DNA from: an uncultured Rhodospirillaceae bacterium
GTDB lineage: Bacteria > Pseudomonadota > Alphaproteobacteria > MPNO01 > UBA830
Length of the DNA stretch: 64,000 nt
Assembly: GCA_963977005.1 (NCBI GenBank)
Contig: CAXBMQ010000019.1
Coordinates: 26,734 to 90,733 of the forward strand
Reading direction: 5' to 3'
The position numbers and the translations under genes are program-made. Below the pieces are notes generated by a model. It did no database searches. It was not told the DNA's origin and saw only the letters and a program-made list of their open reading frames with translations. Shown piece by piece: positions 26,305 through 36,169 of this stretch. The number at the start of each line of letters is the position of its first letter. Within the stretch, counting starts at the first letter, position 1.

Positions 26305-26475
26305 GATGCGCAGGCCTGTTTGCGGGGATGTCTATCTTACGGAGATTGGGGCGCTCGATGTAGGGTAAAAACGGGCGGTGCGGTAACGCCGCACCCGGGC
26401 CCGTCCGGCTTTCCGCTCTTGACGCCCGGCGCGTGGCGCGCGAGGAGTGGCGCACATGAACACACGGATGCACCC

Positions 26476-27498
26476 ATGAAGAAAATCGGCTTCCTGTCTT
26501 TCGGGCACTGGAATCCGGCGGAAGGATCGCAGACGCGCTCGGCGTCGGATGCGCTGTTGCAGTCCATCGACCTCGCGGTCGCCGCGGAGGAGCTGGGGGC
26601 CGACGGGGCGTTTTTCCGGGTGCATCACTTCGCCCGCCAGCTGGCGTCGCCGTTCCCGCTGCTGGCCGCGGCCGGCGCGAAGACGCGGCGCATCGAAATC
26701 GGTACCGGCGTGATCGACATGCGTTACGAGAACCCGCTCTACATGGCAGAGGATGCCGGCGCCGCGGACCTGATCGCCGGCGGACGGCTGCAGCTCGGCA
26801 TCAGCCGCGGTTCGCCCGAACAGGTCATCGACGGCTGGCGCCATTTCGGCTACCGGCCCGCCGGGGACGAAACAGAGGCGGACATGGCGCGGCGTCATAC
26901 CGAAGTGCTGCTCGATGTGCTGCGGGGCGAGGGGTTCGCGCAGCCCAACCCGCAGCCGATGTTCCCGAACCCGACGGGCATGCTTCGCCTCGAACCCCAT
27001 TCGCAGGGCCTGCGCGACCGGATCTGGTGGGGGGCATCGACCAACGCCACCGCGGTCTGGGCGGCGAAGCTCGGGATGCACCTGCAGAGTTCCACCCTCA
27101 AGACGGACGAGAGCGGCGAGCCGTTTCACGTCCAGCAGGCCAAACAGATCCGCGCCTTCCGCGCCGCATGGGCCGAAGCCGGTCATGGCCGCGACGCACG
27201 GGTGTCCGTCAGCCGCAGCATCTTTGCCCTGGTCGATGACCGGGACCGCGCCTATTTCGGGCGCGAACGGCAAAGCCAGGACCAGATCGGCCATATCGAT
27301 CCGAACACCCGGTCCATCTTCGGCCGCAGCTACGCGGCGGAACCGGACCGTCTCGTCGAGGAACTGGCGCAGGACCAGGCGATTGCCGAGGCCGATACGC
27401 TTCTGCTCACGGTGCCCAACCAGCTCGGCGTCGATTACAACGCCCACGTGATCGAATCGATCCTCACCCACGTCGCCCCGGCTCTGGGCTGGCGCTGA
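26476..27498 (+). CDS. LLM-class (luciferase-like) flavin-dependent oxidoreductase
   Basis: Start placed at MKKIGFLSFGHW...; the upstream part of the ORF-track ORF is discarded. 340 aa with a luciferase-like TIM-barrel fold. Confidence 0.8.
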   Translation: MKKIGFLSFGHWNPAEGSQTRSASDALLQSIDLAVAAEELGADGAFFRVHHFARQLASPFPLLAAAGAKTRRIEIGTGVIDMRYENPLYMAEDAGAADLIAGGRLQLGISRGSPEQVIDGWRHFGYRPAGDETEADMARRHTEVLLDVLRGEGFAQPNPQPMFPNPTGMLRLEPHSQGLRDRIWWGASTNATAVWAAKLGMHLQSSTLKTDESGEPFHVQQAKQIRAFRAAWAEAGHGRDARVSVSRSIFALVDDRDRAYFGRERQSQDQIGHIDPNTRSIFGRSYAAEPDRLVEELAQDQAIAEADTLLLTVPNQLGVDYNAHVIESILTHVAPALGWR

Positions 27499-27523
27499 GG
27501 AACGCGCCCGGAGGTCGTGCTGC

Positions 27524-28816
27524 TTACGCCGCTGCGCGCGCCTTCGCCCGGTAGGACAGGCCCTGTTTCCAGTCCGAATCCTTCGGGATCATGCCCTCGT
27601 AGGACGCGAGGTCGGTCAGGCTGACCGAGCGGCCCGCCGCGCGGGTGGCGATGGCGGGCTTGCCGTCGAGGTAATCGCGGGCGGCGGCAATCATGATACG
27701 CCGGAACTGGGCGACCGCGCCGTCGCTGACGCCGAGATAATCCTTCGTGCGGTCGGCGACGGGGCCCATCGATTCCCACATCGCCATGTCCTGGGACGGG
27801 ATGCCGTAAATACCCGTGAAGTCGCCGTTCTTCATCGCTTCGCGGTCCTGCAGGAAATTATTGTCCAGCGTGCGGATCTTGCGGAAGTTCTCGTCGATAT
27901 CGACGCCGATCTCGGCACCGCAGAACTTGCGCCACTCGTCGCTGCTGATGCCCTTCGTTTCATGGAAGGCGATCCAGTAGAACATGGTGTTGCCGTCATC
28001 CATCGGCACCAGCATCTGCGCCAGCCGGTACTGGTCGTTCGGCGGAATGATGACGGAGAACGGGGCGACGAACAGCGTGCAGCGGATATAGTCGTTGATC
28101 TCGGGATCGATGATCGGGGTGCGGACCGCCGCGTAGTGAAAGCCGAAATCGGTTTTTTCCAAGCGGATACGCGGCGCCTTGTCGCGCGACGGGCGCGGCC
28201 ACGCGGTGGCGGTCGCCTTGGCGCTGTCGACCTCGGCCGGCGGCATGTTGGACGAATGCAGGCTCGACGAATGCGCCGAGTCGATCGATCCTTCGAGCAC
28301 CTGCGCCCAGTTGCACGCCGTGTGGACCTTGACGATGGCGATCTTGTCGTCCGGGCAATGCGCCCAGGAGGGCGGTTCGAATTCGGCGATGTCGTCGGCA
28401 TCGCCCATCCACACCCACACGAACCCGCCGGATTCGTGGGTCGGATAGGATTTGGCCTTTGCGTCTTCCTTCAGGCCTTCGCCGTTATTGGGCTCGGACG
28501 GCATGTCCATGACATTGCCGTTCACGTCGAACTTCCAGCCGTGATACAGGCAGCGCAGGCCGCAGTCTTCGTTGCGTCCGAACGCCAGCGAGGCGCCGCG
28601 GTGACGGCAGAATTCGTCGATCGCGCCGAGGCGGCCCTCGGTATCGCGGAACACCACCAGGTCTTCGCCCAGCAGGCGAACGCGGGCGGGCTTGCCGTCG
28701 GGCTCGGCGACTTCTTCCGACATGCAGGCGGGCAGCCAGTGACTGCGCATGATGCCGCCCATCGCGGTATCGCCTTCGACAAGGCACAAAAGGTCGTTTT
28801 CTTCACGTGTGGTCAT
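27524..28816 (-). CDS. Rieske [2Fe-2S] domain oxygenase, single-component alpha-only type (phthalate/VanA/GbcA-like family)
   Basis: Start placed at MTTREEND, preceded by the RBS GGAGGA. Rieske motif CRHRG...CLYHGW. No beta subunit, reductase or ferredoxin gene is adjacent. Confidence 0.85.
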   Translation of the reverse strand: MTTREENDLLCLVEGDTAMGGIMRSHWLPACMSEEVAEPDGKPARVRLLGEDLVVFRDTEGRLGAIDEFCRHRGASLAFGRNEDCGLRCLYHGWKFDVNGNVMDMPSEPNNGEGLKEDAKAKSYPTHESGGFVWVWMGDADDIAEFEPPSWAHCPDDKIAIVKVHTACNWAQVLEGSIDSAHSSSLHSSNMPPAEVDSAKATATAWPRPSRDKAPRIRLEKTDFGFHYAAVRTPIIDPEINDYIRCTLFVAPFSVIIPPNDQYRLAQMLVPMDDGNTMFYWIAFHETKGISSDEWRKFCGAEIGVDIDENFRKIRTLDNNFLQDREAMKNGDFTGIYGIPSQDMAMWESMGPVADRTKDYLGVSDGAVAQFRRIMIAAARDYLDGKPAIATRAAGRSVSLTDLASYEGMIPKDSDWKQGLSYRAKARAAA

Positions 28817-28878
28817 GATGTTTCCTCCTGCCGGGCCGGTTCGCCCGTCTCCCTTACTCGATAAGGTTCGTCTCAAGG

Positions 28879-28916
28879 TTCTTAGGAACCGAAGAATATT
28901 CTTCGGAAACTAAGAA
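28879..28916. promoter_or_regulatory. 38-bp near-perfect palindrome TTCTTAGGAACCGAAGAAT|ATTCTTCGGAAACTAAGAA, a candidate operator
   Basis: Seen directly in the sequence. The core CCGAAGAATATTCTTCGG is a perfect 18-bp palindrome. It sits in the divergent spacer between the Rieske oxygenase gene (minus strand) and the Gfo/Idh/MocA-marR pair (plus strand). Confidence 0.5.
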
Positions 28917-28975
28917 GTTTGCGCGCCCCTGTCAACAGGATTAGACTGGCGCTTCCCCCGCGACAGGATAGCAGA

Positions 28976-30199
28976 ATGACGGCAATTTCAACGGACAGAA
29001 AGCTGAAACTCGGTATTGCCGGGCTGGGCCGCGGTTTCACGGTCATGCTGCCGACGCTCGCCCTTCATCCGCGTCTCGATGTCGTGGCCGCGGTCGACAC
29101 CCGCCCGGCGGCGGGGGCGCGCTTTGAAGCCGATTTCGGCGGCACCGCCTATGACAGCGTCGAGGCGATGTGCGCCGGGGCCGATATCGATGCGGTCTAT
29201 GTCGCAACGCCGCACCAGTTTCATGCCGAACACACCGAAATCGCCGCCCGGGCCGGCAAGCACGTTCTTGTCGAAAAGCCGATGGCGCTGACGCTGGCGG
29301 ACTGCACGCGGATGATCGACGCGGCGGCGGCGGCGGGCGTGCATCTGCTGGTCGGCCACAGCCACAGCTACGATGCCCCGATTCTCGAGGCGCGCCGCCT
29401 GATCGAGACCGGCGATTACGGCCCGCCCCGGCTCATCACCGCCCTGAACTACACCGATTTTATCTACCGGCCGCGCCGGCCGGAGGAACTCGATACGGCG
29501 CAGGGCGGCGGCGTCGTGTTCAGCCAGGCCGCCCATCAGATCGATATCGCCCGCCTGCTCGGCGGCGGCATGGTCGAGACGGTTTATGCGACGACCGGCA
29601 ATTACGATCCCGCGCGGCCGACCGAAGGGGTCTATAGCGCGCTCCTTAAATTCGCCGATGGCGCAGTCGCGAACCTGACCTATTCGGGATACGGCCATTT
29701 CGATTCGGATGAATTTACCGGCTGGCGCGGCGAATCCGGGGCGATGAAGGACCCGGCGAATTACGGCGCCGCCCGGCGGGCCCTCGCCGGGATCGGCGAT
29801 ATCGAGGCCGAGGCCGCGCTCAAGGCCGACCGTGCCTATGGCGGCCCCAAAGGGGCGAGCGCGCCGACATCGCCGCCGGAAAATAAAAGCCACGAGCATT
29901 TCGGGCTTTTTATCGTCAGCTGCGCGGGCGGCGACATCCGCCCCGGGCCCGAGGGCGTGCGGGTCTACGGCGATGACGGCATCGAAGACTTTCCGCTGGC
30001 GCCGCCGTCCGTGCCGCGCAGCGAGGTGATCGACGAGTTGTGCGCGGCCGTGTTCGACGACGCGCCGCCGCTGCATTCCGGCGCATGGGGCCGCGCCACG
30101 CTGGAGGTCTGCCGCGCCGTGCTGCAATCGGCAGATGAAGCCCGCGAGGTGCGCGTCGGCCATCAGGTGCCGACCCTCTCCGTGAACGGGGACGCCTAG
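28976..30199 (+). CDS. Gfo/Idh/MocA family NAD(P)-dependent oxidoreductase
   Basis: 407 aa. N-terminal Rossmann fold LKLGIAGLGRGF and a conserved EKP motif (VLVEKPMALT). Confidence 0.8.
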   Translation: MTAISTDRKLKLGIAGLGRGFTVMLPTLALHPRLDVVAAVDTRPAAGARFEADFGGTAYDSVEAMCAGADIDAVYVATPHQFHAEHTEIAARAGKHVLVEKPMALTLADCTRMIDAAAAAGVHLLVGHSHSYDAPILEARRLIETGDYGPPRLITALNYTDFIYRPRRPEELDTAQGGGVVFSQAAHQIDIARLLGGGMVETVYATTGNYDPARPTEGVYSALLKFADGAVANLTYSGYGHFDSDEFTGWRGESGAMKDPANYGAARRALAGIGDIEAEAALKADRAYGGPKGASAPTSPPENKSHEHFGLFIVSCAGGDIRPGPEGVRVYGDDGIEDFPLAPPSVPRSEVIDELCAAVFDDAPPLHSGAWGRATLEVCRAVLQSADEAREVRVGHQVPTLSVNGDA

Positions 30200-30684
30200 T
30201 GGCCGATCTGCCGCCGGCCGATTCCCGTCTCATCCTGCAGCACTGGCGCGATGCGGTGCCCGACGACCGGCTGGCCCACCTGATCCGCGATGCGGGGCGC
30301 AGCCTCGGCCAGAGCCTGACGCCCCTGCTGGCGGCACACGATATCCCGTTCGGTCACTGGTCATTCCTGCGCGTGCTGTGGGACCGCGACGGGCTGACCC
30401 AGAAAGAGCTCAGCGATGCTGCGGGCGTCACCGAGCCGACGACGTTTGCCGCCGTCAAGGCGCTGATGGAAAAGGGCTATGTCACGCGCCGGCACAATCC
30501 GGGCAACAAGCGGAAATTCTACGTTTACCTGACGCCGGAAGGGATCGCGCTGCGCGACGTGCTGGTGCCGCTGGCGGAGGAGGTCAACCGCGTCGCCGTC
30601 CGGGGCATTCCGCCGGAAAACGTACGGATCATGCGCGAGACCCTGCTTGCGATTATCGAGAACCTTGCCGGCGACGCGCCCTAG
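30199..30684 (+). CDS. MarR family transcriptional regulator
   Basis: 161 aa, GTG start overlapping the upstream stop codon. wHTH region LTQKELSDAAGVTEPTTFAAVKALMEKGYVTRRHNPGNKRKFYVYLTPEG. Confidence 0.8.
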   Translation: MADLPPADSRLILQHWRDAVPDDRLAHLIRDAGRSLGQSLTPLLAAHDIPFGHWSFLRVLWDRDGLTQKELSDAAGVTEPTTFAAVKALMEKGYVTRRHNPGNKRKFYVYLTPEGIALRDVLVPLAEEVNRVAVRGIPPENVRIMRETLLAIIENLAGDAP

Positions 30685-30782
30685 TTACCGGCAGTTTCCG
30701 CCGCCAGCACCGCGCCCGGCCTCCGGCAGTTTCCGCGTAATTGGGCTGCGCGATCGGATTTCTCGTCACATTCGGGTGAGGT

Positions 30783-32213
30783 CTATCGGTCGTCGAGGGC
30801 GTCGAGCTGTTTCTTGAGCTGGACGTACTGGACGCCGTTGGGGTCGACGAATTCGAGCAGGCGGGTCCACCGCGTCCGCGCGGTTTCGACATCGCCGGCC
30901 GACAGCGCCAGCGCGCCCGACAGCCACAATGCGCGCGGCTCGTCCGGATCGCGGGCGAGGATGCGGTCGACCAGGGGTTTGAGCTCCGCCCGCGGCGGCG
31001 GGTCGGGCTCGGCGACGCTGACGATCGCATCGGCGTAGGCTACCAGGATCTCGACATCGTCGGGCCGCAATGCCGCGGCTTTGGCATAGGCGTCCCGTGC
31101 GGCGGCGCGGTCGCCGAGTACGCTGCGCGCCCGGCCGAGCCGCAGCCAGCCCGCGACATCGTCCGGGTTTTCCTTCAGCTTCTCGGCGAGGCCGTCGACC
31201 ATGTTGCGGATCATCGCCTGGCGGTCTTCGGCGGACATGTTGCGCGCGGCTTCCATCTGCGCGCGGGTCGGGCCGGGCGCGGTATTCGGGGATGCGGCGG
31301 CCAGCGGCGGGGCGCGGTCGCGCAGCGCGGCCAGCGCGTTGCTGTCCATGCCCATCTCGCCGGCCAGCCGCGCGATCCGCGGCCGCAGGAATTTGAGCCA
31401 GGGCGCATCGGGCGGGGAAGCGGCTTCGAGCGCCACCCACCGGTCGAGGGCTGCGCGCAGCCGCCCGCCCTGCCGGTCGGCGACGCCAATATAGTACTGG
31501 GCACGGGGCTCCGCCGGGTCGCGGCGCAACGCTTCGGCGAATGCCGCCCGGGCGTCCGGCGTCACCTGTCCGTCGGCGGCCAGCGTCAGTGCCTCGCCCG
31601 CGCGGGAGGCGAAATCGGCATTGCCGGGCGCCAGGCGCATCGATTGCGTATAGGCGACGGCAGCCTGCCGGTGCCGCTTCATCTGCGTGAGTGCGTCGCC
31701 GAGCGCGATCCAGCTTTGCAGGTCCGCCGGGTTTTTCTCGAGCGCCGCCGCGAGCCGGGCGACTTCGGCGCGCCCGGCCGCATCGCCACGCGGTGCCTGT
31801 GGGCCCAAGGCGTTTTCCGCGCGCATTTCGGCCGCCGGCCTGCCGGGCAGGTTCGGGCTGCCATAGGCGACATAGACGAAGACGGCGAGCGCCGGCACGC
31901 ACAGGCCGGTGACGATTGCGGTGACATGCCGGGGCTGTCCCCCGGGGGTGTCGGATGCTGCCCCGTCCGCCCGATCCGCCCCGTCGGCGGCGGAGATCAT
32001 GCGCCGTCCGATCTCGGTCCGGGCCGCCTCGGCTTCATCCGCGCCGATCACGCCGCGCGCGACGTCGCGGTCGACCTCGTCGAGCTGGTCGCGGTAAATC
32101 TCGATCTCGTGCGCCGCGCGGGTCGCCGAGTCGCGCTTGCCGCGGATCAGCGGCAGGACGACCAGCGCGACGGCCGCCAGCGTCATGACGGTGAGGGCGA
32201 TGCCGAGGATCAT
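30783..32213 (-). CDS. ccmI: Cytochrome c-type biogenesis protein CcmI (CycH)
   Basis: 476 aa. N-terminal membrane anchor, then TPR-rich periplasmic domain. Last gene of the ccm cluster. Confidence 0.8.
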   Translation of the reverse strand: MILGIALTVMTLAAVALVVLPLIRGKRDSATRAAHEIEIYRDQLDEVDRDVARGVIGADEAEAARTEIGRRMISAADGADRADGAASDTPGGQPRHVTAIVTGLCVPALAVFVYVAYGSPNLPGRPAAEMRAENALGPQAPRGDAAGRAEVARLAAALEKNPADLQSWIALGDALTQMKRHRQAAVAYTQSMRLAPGNADFASRAGEALTLAADGQVTPDARAAFAEALRRDPAEPRAQYYIGVADRQGGRLRAALDRWVALEAASPPDAPWLKFLRPRIARLAGEMGMDSNALAALRDRAPPLAAASPNTAPGPTRAQMEAARNMSAEDRQAMIRNMVDGLAEKLKENPDDVAGWLRLGRARSVLGDRAAARDAYAKAAALRPDDVEILVAYADAIVSVAEPDPPPRAELKPLVDRILARDPDEPRALWLSGALALSAGDVETARTRWTRLLEFVDPNGVQYVQLKKQLDALDDR

Positions 32214-32713
32214 TTCCCGGGCTTCTCCGCCAGCAGGGCATCGACGCGGGCGCGCTCATCGGCGCTGAGCGGGGCCACCGGTGCGGCCACCGCGTCGCGC
32301 CGCCGCCGGTGCCACAGCGTCACGCCGATAATACCGATCAGAAAAATCACGCCCGGCCCGATCCACAGGATCAGGGTCGAGTTCTTGAACGGCGGGCGCA
32401 GCAACACGAAGTCGCCATAGCGTTCGACGATAAAGTCGACCGCTTCGGCATCGGTATCGCCCGCTTTCAGACGATCACGCACCAGGATGCGCAGGTCGCG
32501 TGCAAGCGTCGCGTCCGAATCGTCGATCGACTGGTTCTGACAGACAAGACAGCGCAGCTCCTTGCTGATCTCGCGGGCGCGGGCCTCGAGCGCCGGATCC
32601 TTCAGGATCTCGTCCGGCTCCAGCGCCAGCGCCGCCGGCGGGGCGACGGGCGCGATCGCCGGCGCGATCAGCGGCGCGGCGAACAGGGCGGCGGCGAACA
32701 GGAAGGCTTTCAT
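32210..32713 (-). CDS. ccmH: Cytochrome c-type biogenesis protein CcmH (CycL)
   Basis: Start at MKAFLFAAALFAAP (cat at 32711-32713). Conserved LRCLVCQNQSIDDS motif and a C-terminal transmembrane segment. Confidence 0.85.
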   Translation of the reverse strand: MKAFLFAAALFAAPLIAPAIAPVAPPAALALEPDEILKDPALEARAREISKELRCLVCQNQSIDDSDATLARDLRILVRDRLKAGDTDAEAVDFIVERYGDFVLLRPPFKNSTLILWIGPGVIFLIGIIGVTLWHRRRRDAVAAPVAPLSADERARVDALLAEKPGK

Positions 32714-33318
32714 GACCCGCCCGCCTGCGCATCGCCCGCTGCCGGTCCGTTGCCGTCGCCCGTGGCAGCCTGCCGGAGCAGCGGCAGGATCAGCGAATCG
32801 AGCTGTTGCGGGTAAATCTGGCCGACATGCCGGTAGCGGATACGGCCCGATGCATCGACGACGAAGGTTTCGGGATAGCCGTAGACGCCCCAGTCGATGG
32901 CGGCGCGTCCCGTGGTGTCCGCGCCGATCTGTTTGAAGGGGTTCCCCAGTTCGCGGAGAAACCGCGCCGCGTCTTCCGGCTTGTCCTTGTAGTTGATGCC
33001 GTAGATCGTCACCCCCTGTTGCGCCAGGGTCATCAATACCGGGTGTTCGATGCGACAGGGCGGGCACCACGACGCCCAGACATTAACCAGCGATACCTTG
33101 CCCTTGAGATCGTCGGTCCTGAAGCCCGGGATGTTCAGCGACGCGGGCAGACCCGCGATCGGCGGCAGGTCGAATTGCGGCGCGGGTTTGTCGATCATCG
33201 CCGAGGGGATTTTCGAAATATCCTTGCCGCCCGGCCCGACCTGCCAGAGATACACGCCGAACACGACCGCGAGGACGACAAATGTGACGACAGGAACAAG
33301 GGTGAGCGGACGGAGCAT
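32710..33318 (-). CDS. ccmG: Thiol:disulfide interchange protein CcmG/DsbE
   Basis: 202 aa. Signal-anchor sequence, thioredoxin fold with WCPPC, and the GVYGYPETF motif. Confidence 0.9.
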   Translation of the reverse strand: MLRPLTLVPVVTFVVLAVVFGVYLWQVGPGGKDISKIPSAMIDKPAPQFDLPPIAGLPASLNIPGFRTDDLKGKVSLVNVWASWCPPCRIEHPVLMTLAQQGVTIYGINYKDKPEDAARFLRELGNPFKQIGADTTGRAAIDWGVYGYPETFVVDASGRIRYRHVGQIYPQQLDSLILPLLRQAATGDGNGPAAGDAQAGGS

Positions 33319-33340
33319 CAGGCGGGCTTTCCGTTAATGA

Positions 33341-35323
33341 TTATGCCGCTTCGGCGGCGGGAGACTTGCGCGCCGCGCGCTTCGGCGCCCCGACACGCAG
33401 CCGGCGGTCGCTCAGCGACACCATACCCCCGATGGCCATAAAGATCGCGCCGGCCCAGATCCACGGCACCAGCGGGTTGTGATACATCCGCGTCGCCCAA
33501 CCGCCCTTGCCGTCGGGATCGCCGAGGACGACATAGACGTCGGCAAGCGGGGTGGTGTGGATGGCGGCCTCGGTCGTGTTCGATTTCTCCGCCGGGTAGG
33601 CGCGTTTTTCCGGGTACAGCGTGGTGATCTTGCGGCCGTTGGCGGTCAGGTCGAACGTGCCGCGCAGCGCCGTGTAGTTCGGTCCCGGCACATTGCCGGC
33701 CCCCCTGAACGTGACCTCGTAGCCGGCGAGATCGACGGTGTCGCCGGGGCGTACGATCTGGATGCGTTCGGTCTGCCACGATGATGACGCCGTGATGCCG
33801 GCGACCATGATGCCGAGGGCGCTGTGGGCGATGGCGGTCCCCCAGGCGGAACGCGGCAGGTTCGCCGCACGGCGCAGCGTTTCCGACAGGGATATGCGGA
33901 ACAGCCCGGTCCGTTCGGCGAGGTCGACGGACGCGCCGGCGACCAGCCAGGCGGCAACGCCCATGGCGAGGGCCGCAACGATATCGGTGTTTCCGTCGAT
34001 CATCACGGTCGCCAGCGCGACCAGCACGGCAAGCCCCACGGCGACCTTGAGCCGCCCGACCACGCCCGGCAGGTCGCCCCGTTTCCACGCCATCATCGCG
34101 CCGACGGGGCACGCGATCAGCAGCGGTACCATCAGCGGCACGAAGGTCGCGTTAAAAAACGGTGCGCCGACCGATACCTTGCCGCCGCCCACCGCGTCGA
34201 GCGCCAGCGGATACAGGGTGCCGAGAAACACCACGGCGGTCGCGGTCGCGAGCAGCAGGTTGTTCAGTACCAGCGCGCCTTCGCGGCTGACCGGGGCGAA
34301 CAGGCCGCCGCCCTTGAGCATCGGCGCGCGCACCGCGTACAGCACCAGCGCGCCGCCGATGACGACGATAAACAGGCCGAGAATAAACACGCCGCGTTCC
34401 GGGTCGGTGGCGAAGGTATGTACCGAGGTCAGCAGGCCCGACCGCACCAGGAAGGTGCCGAGCAGCGACATCCCGAAGGCGACGATCGCGAGCAGGATGG
34501 TCCAGCTTTTGAGCGTGTCGCGCCGTTCGACCACCAGCGCAGAATGGAGCAGCGCGGTACCGACCAGCCACGGCAGGAAGGATGCGTTCTCCACCGGGTC
34601 CCAGAACCACCAGCCGCCCCAGCCGAGCTCGTAATAGGCCCACCAGCTGCCCAGTGCGATGCCGATGGTCAGCGTCGTCCAGGCGACCAGCGTCCACGGC
34701 CGGACCCAGCGCGCCCAGGCGGGATCGACCCGGCCTTCGATCAGGGCGGCGACGGCGAACGAAAACGCCATCGAAAACCCGACATAGCCGAGATACAGAA
34801 ACGGCGGATGGAAGGCGAGGCCGGGGTCCTGCAGCAGCGGGTTCAGCCCCTGGCCTTCGAGCGGCGCGGGGTCGAGTCGGAGAAACGGATTGGACGTGAA
34901 CAGCAGGAAGGCGAGAAAGCCGATGCCGATCAGCCCCTGAATGGCGAGCACGCGGGCCCGCAGGGTGCCGGGCAGGTTGCGGCCGAACTGGGCGACCATC
35001 AGCCCGAACAGCGCCAGGATCAGAATCCACAGCAGCATCGAGCCTTCGTGATTGCCCCACACGCCGGACACCTTGTAGAGCATCGGTTTCAGCGTGTGCG
35101 ATGTCTGTGCCACCAGCGCCACCGAAAAATCGGACACCACATAGGCATAGGTCAGCGTGCAGAAGGCGATGAGGACGAACAGGAACTGGCCGCGCGCCGC
35201 AGGTTCGGCGACACCCATCAGGGCCGAATCGTTGCGGTACGCGCCGACCAGCGGCAGGGTGCCCTGAACGACGGATAGCACCAGCGCCAGAACCACCGCG
35301 TAATGCCCGATTTCGACAATCAT
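33341..35323 (-). CDS. ccmF: Cytochrome c heme lyase subunit CcmF
   Basis: 660 aa, polytopic. WWD-domain motifs ([12 protein letters not shown]). Confidence 0.9.
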   Translation of the reverse strand: MIVEIGHYAVVLALVLSVVQGTLPLVGAYRNDSALMGVAEPAARGQFLFVLIAFCTLTYAYVVSDFSVALVAQTSHTLKPMLYKVSGVWGNHEGSMLLWILILALFGLMVAQFGRNLPGTLRARVLAIQGLIGIGFLAFLLFTSNPFLRLDPAPLEGQGLNPLLQDPGLAFHPPFLYLGYVGFSMAFSFAVAALIEGRVDPAWARWVRPWTLVAWTTLTIGIALGSWWAYYELGWGGWWFWDPVENASFLPWLVGTALLHSALVVERRDTLKSWTILLAIVAFGMSLLGTFLVRSGLLTSVHTFATDPERGVFILGLFIVVIGGALVLYAVRAPMLKGGGLFAPVSREGALVLNNLLLATATAVVFLGTLYPLALDAVGGGKVSVGAPFFNATFVPLMVPLLIACPVGAMMAWKRGDLPGVVGRLKVAVGLAVLVALATVMIDGNTDIVAALAMGVAAWLVAGASVDLAERTGLFRISLSETLRRAANLPRSAWGTAIAHSALGIMVAGITASSSWQTERIQIVRPGDTVDLAGYEVTFRGAGNVPGPNYTALRGTFDLTANGRKITTLYPEKRAYPAEKSNTTEAAIHTTPLADVYVVLGDPDGKGGWATRMYHNPLVPWIWAGAIFMAIGGMVSLSDRRLRVGAPKRAARKSPAAEAA

Positions 35324-35823
35324 CGGGCGCCTTCTTTCGCGGTGCCACCGGGCGCGCCGGAGGGTTTGTCGTCATAGGGCTTGTCGCTGCCCTTCCACTG
35401 ACCGGATTTTTTCAGCGCTTCGGCCACTTCCTTGGGCATATAGTTTTCATCGTGCTTGGCCAGCACCTCGTCCGCGCGGAAGCTGCCGTCGGGCAGCAGC
35501 CGGCCTTCGACGACCACGCCCTGCCCTTCGCGGAACAGATCGGGGATGATGCCCTTATAGGCGACGCGGATCTCATGGGTGAGGTCGGTCACCAGGAAGG
35601 CGTGGGTCAGCCCGTCCGCCTGCTTGTTCCAGCTCTTTTCCTTCACGATACCGCCGATGCGCAGCCGCCGGTCCTTTTGCAGGTCCTGCTTGGTCGCGAT
35701 GTCGGTCGGCGTGTGGAAAAACACGATGCTGTCTTCGAACGCCGTCAGCACCAGCGCCGCGGCGGTCGCCAGCATCAGCCCGCCCAGAAACACGACGGTG
35801 AGGCGGCGGCGCTTGCGGGTCAC
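35320..35823 (-). CDS. ccmE: Cytochrome c-type biogenesis heme chaperone CcmE
   Basis: 167 aa. N-terminal anchor, then an OB-fold ([11 protein letters not shown]...) and a C-terminal flexible tail. Confidence 0.9.
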   Translation of the reverse strand: MTRKRRRLTVVFLGGLMLATAAALVLTAFEDSIVFFHTPTDIATKQDLQKDRRLRIGGIVKEKSWNKQADGLTHAFLVTDLTHEIRVAYKGIIPDLFREGQGVVVEGRLLPDGSFRADEVLAKHDENYMPKEVAEALKKSGQWKGSDKPYDDKPSGAPGGTAKEGAR

Positions 35824-36050
35824 GGGGTTTCTCCGCTGGGTGTCTTTCCGCCCGGTGTTTCGGTGCCGGCGGTGTCCGAGGAGCGCCGGCGGCGGCGGGG
35901 CGCTTCCGCTTCCATCCGCGCGAGTTCGCGCTCACGGTTCCGCATGGATTTCAGGCTGGTCCCGATCAGGATCGCGAGCACCACGGCAGCGATACCCCAA
36001 GACGACCAGATGAAGCCGCCATACCCGCCCATGTTGAGGAACTCAGTCAT
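35820..36050 (-). CDS. ccmD: Heme exporter protein CcmD
   Basis: 76 aa. Single transmembrane helix [23 protein letters not shown], then a basic tail. Position between ccmC and ccmE. Confidence 0.7.
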   Translation of the reverse strand: MTEFLNMGGYGGFIWSSWGIAAVVLAILIGTSLKSMRNRERELARMEAEAPRRRRRSSDTAGTETPGGKTPSGETP

Positions 36051-36169
36051 GCGCAGCAGTCCGGCTGTCGGAATATCCCCGCCCGCGCGGGGATAGCGTG
36101 TAAATGGTGTTCGAACAGGGTTTCATCATCCTGTAAACACATATAGGGCCGTTTTCAGCCCGGAACACA

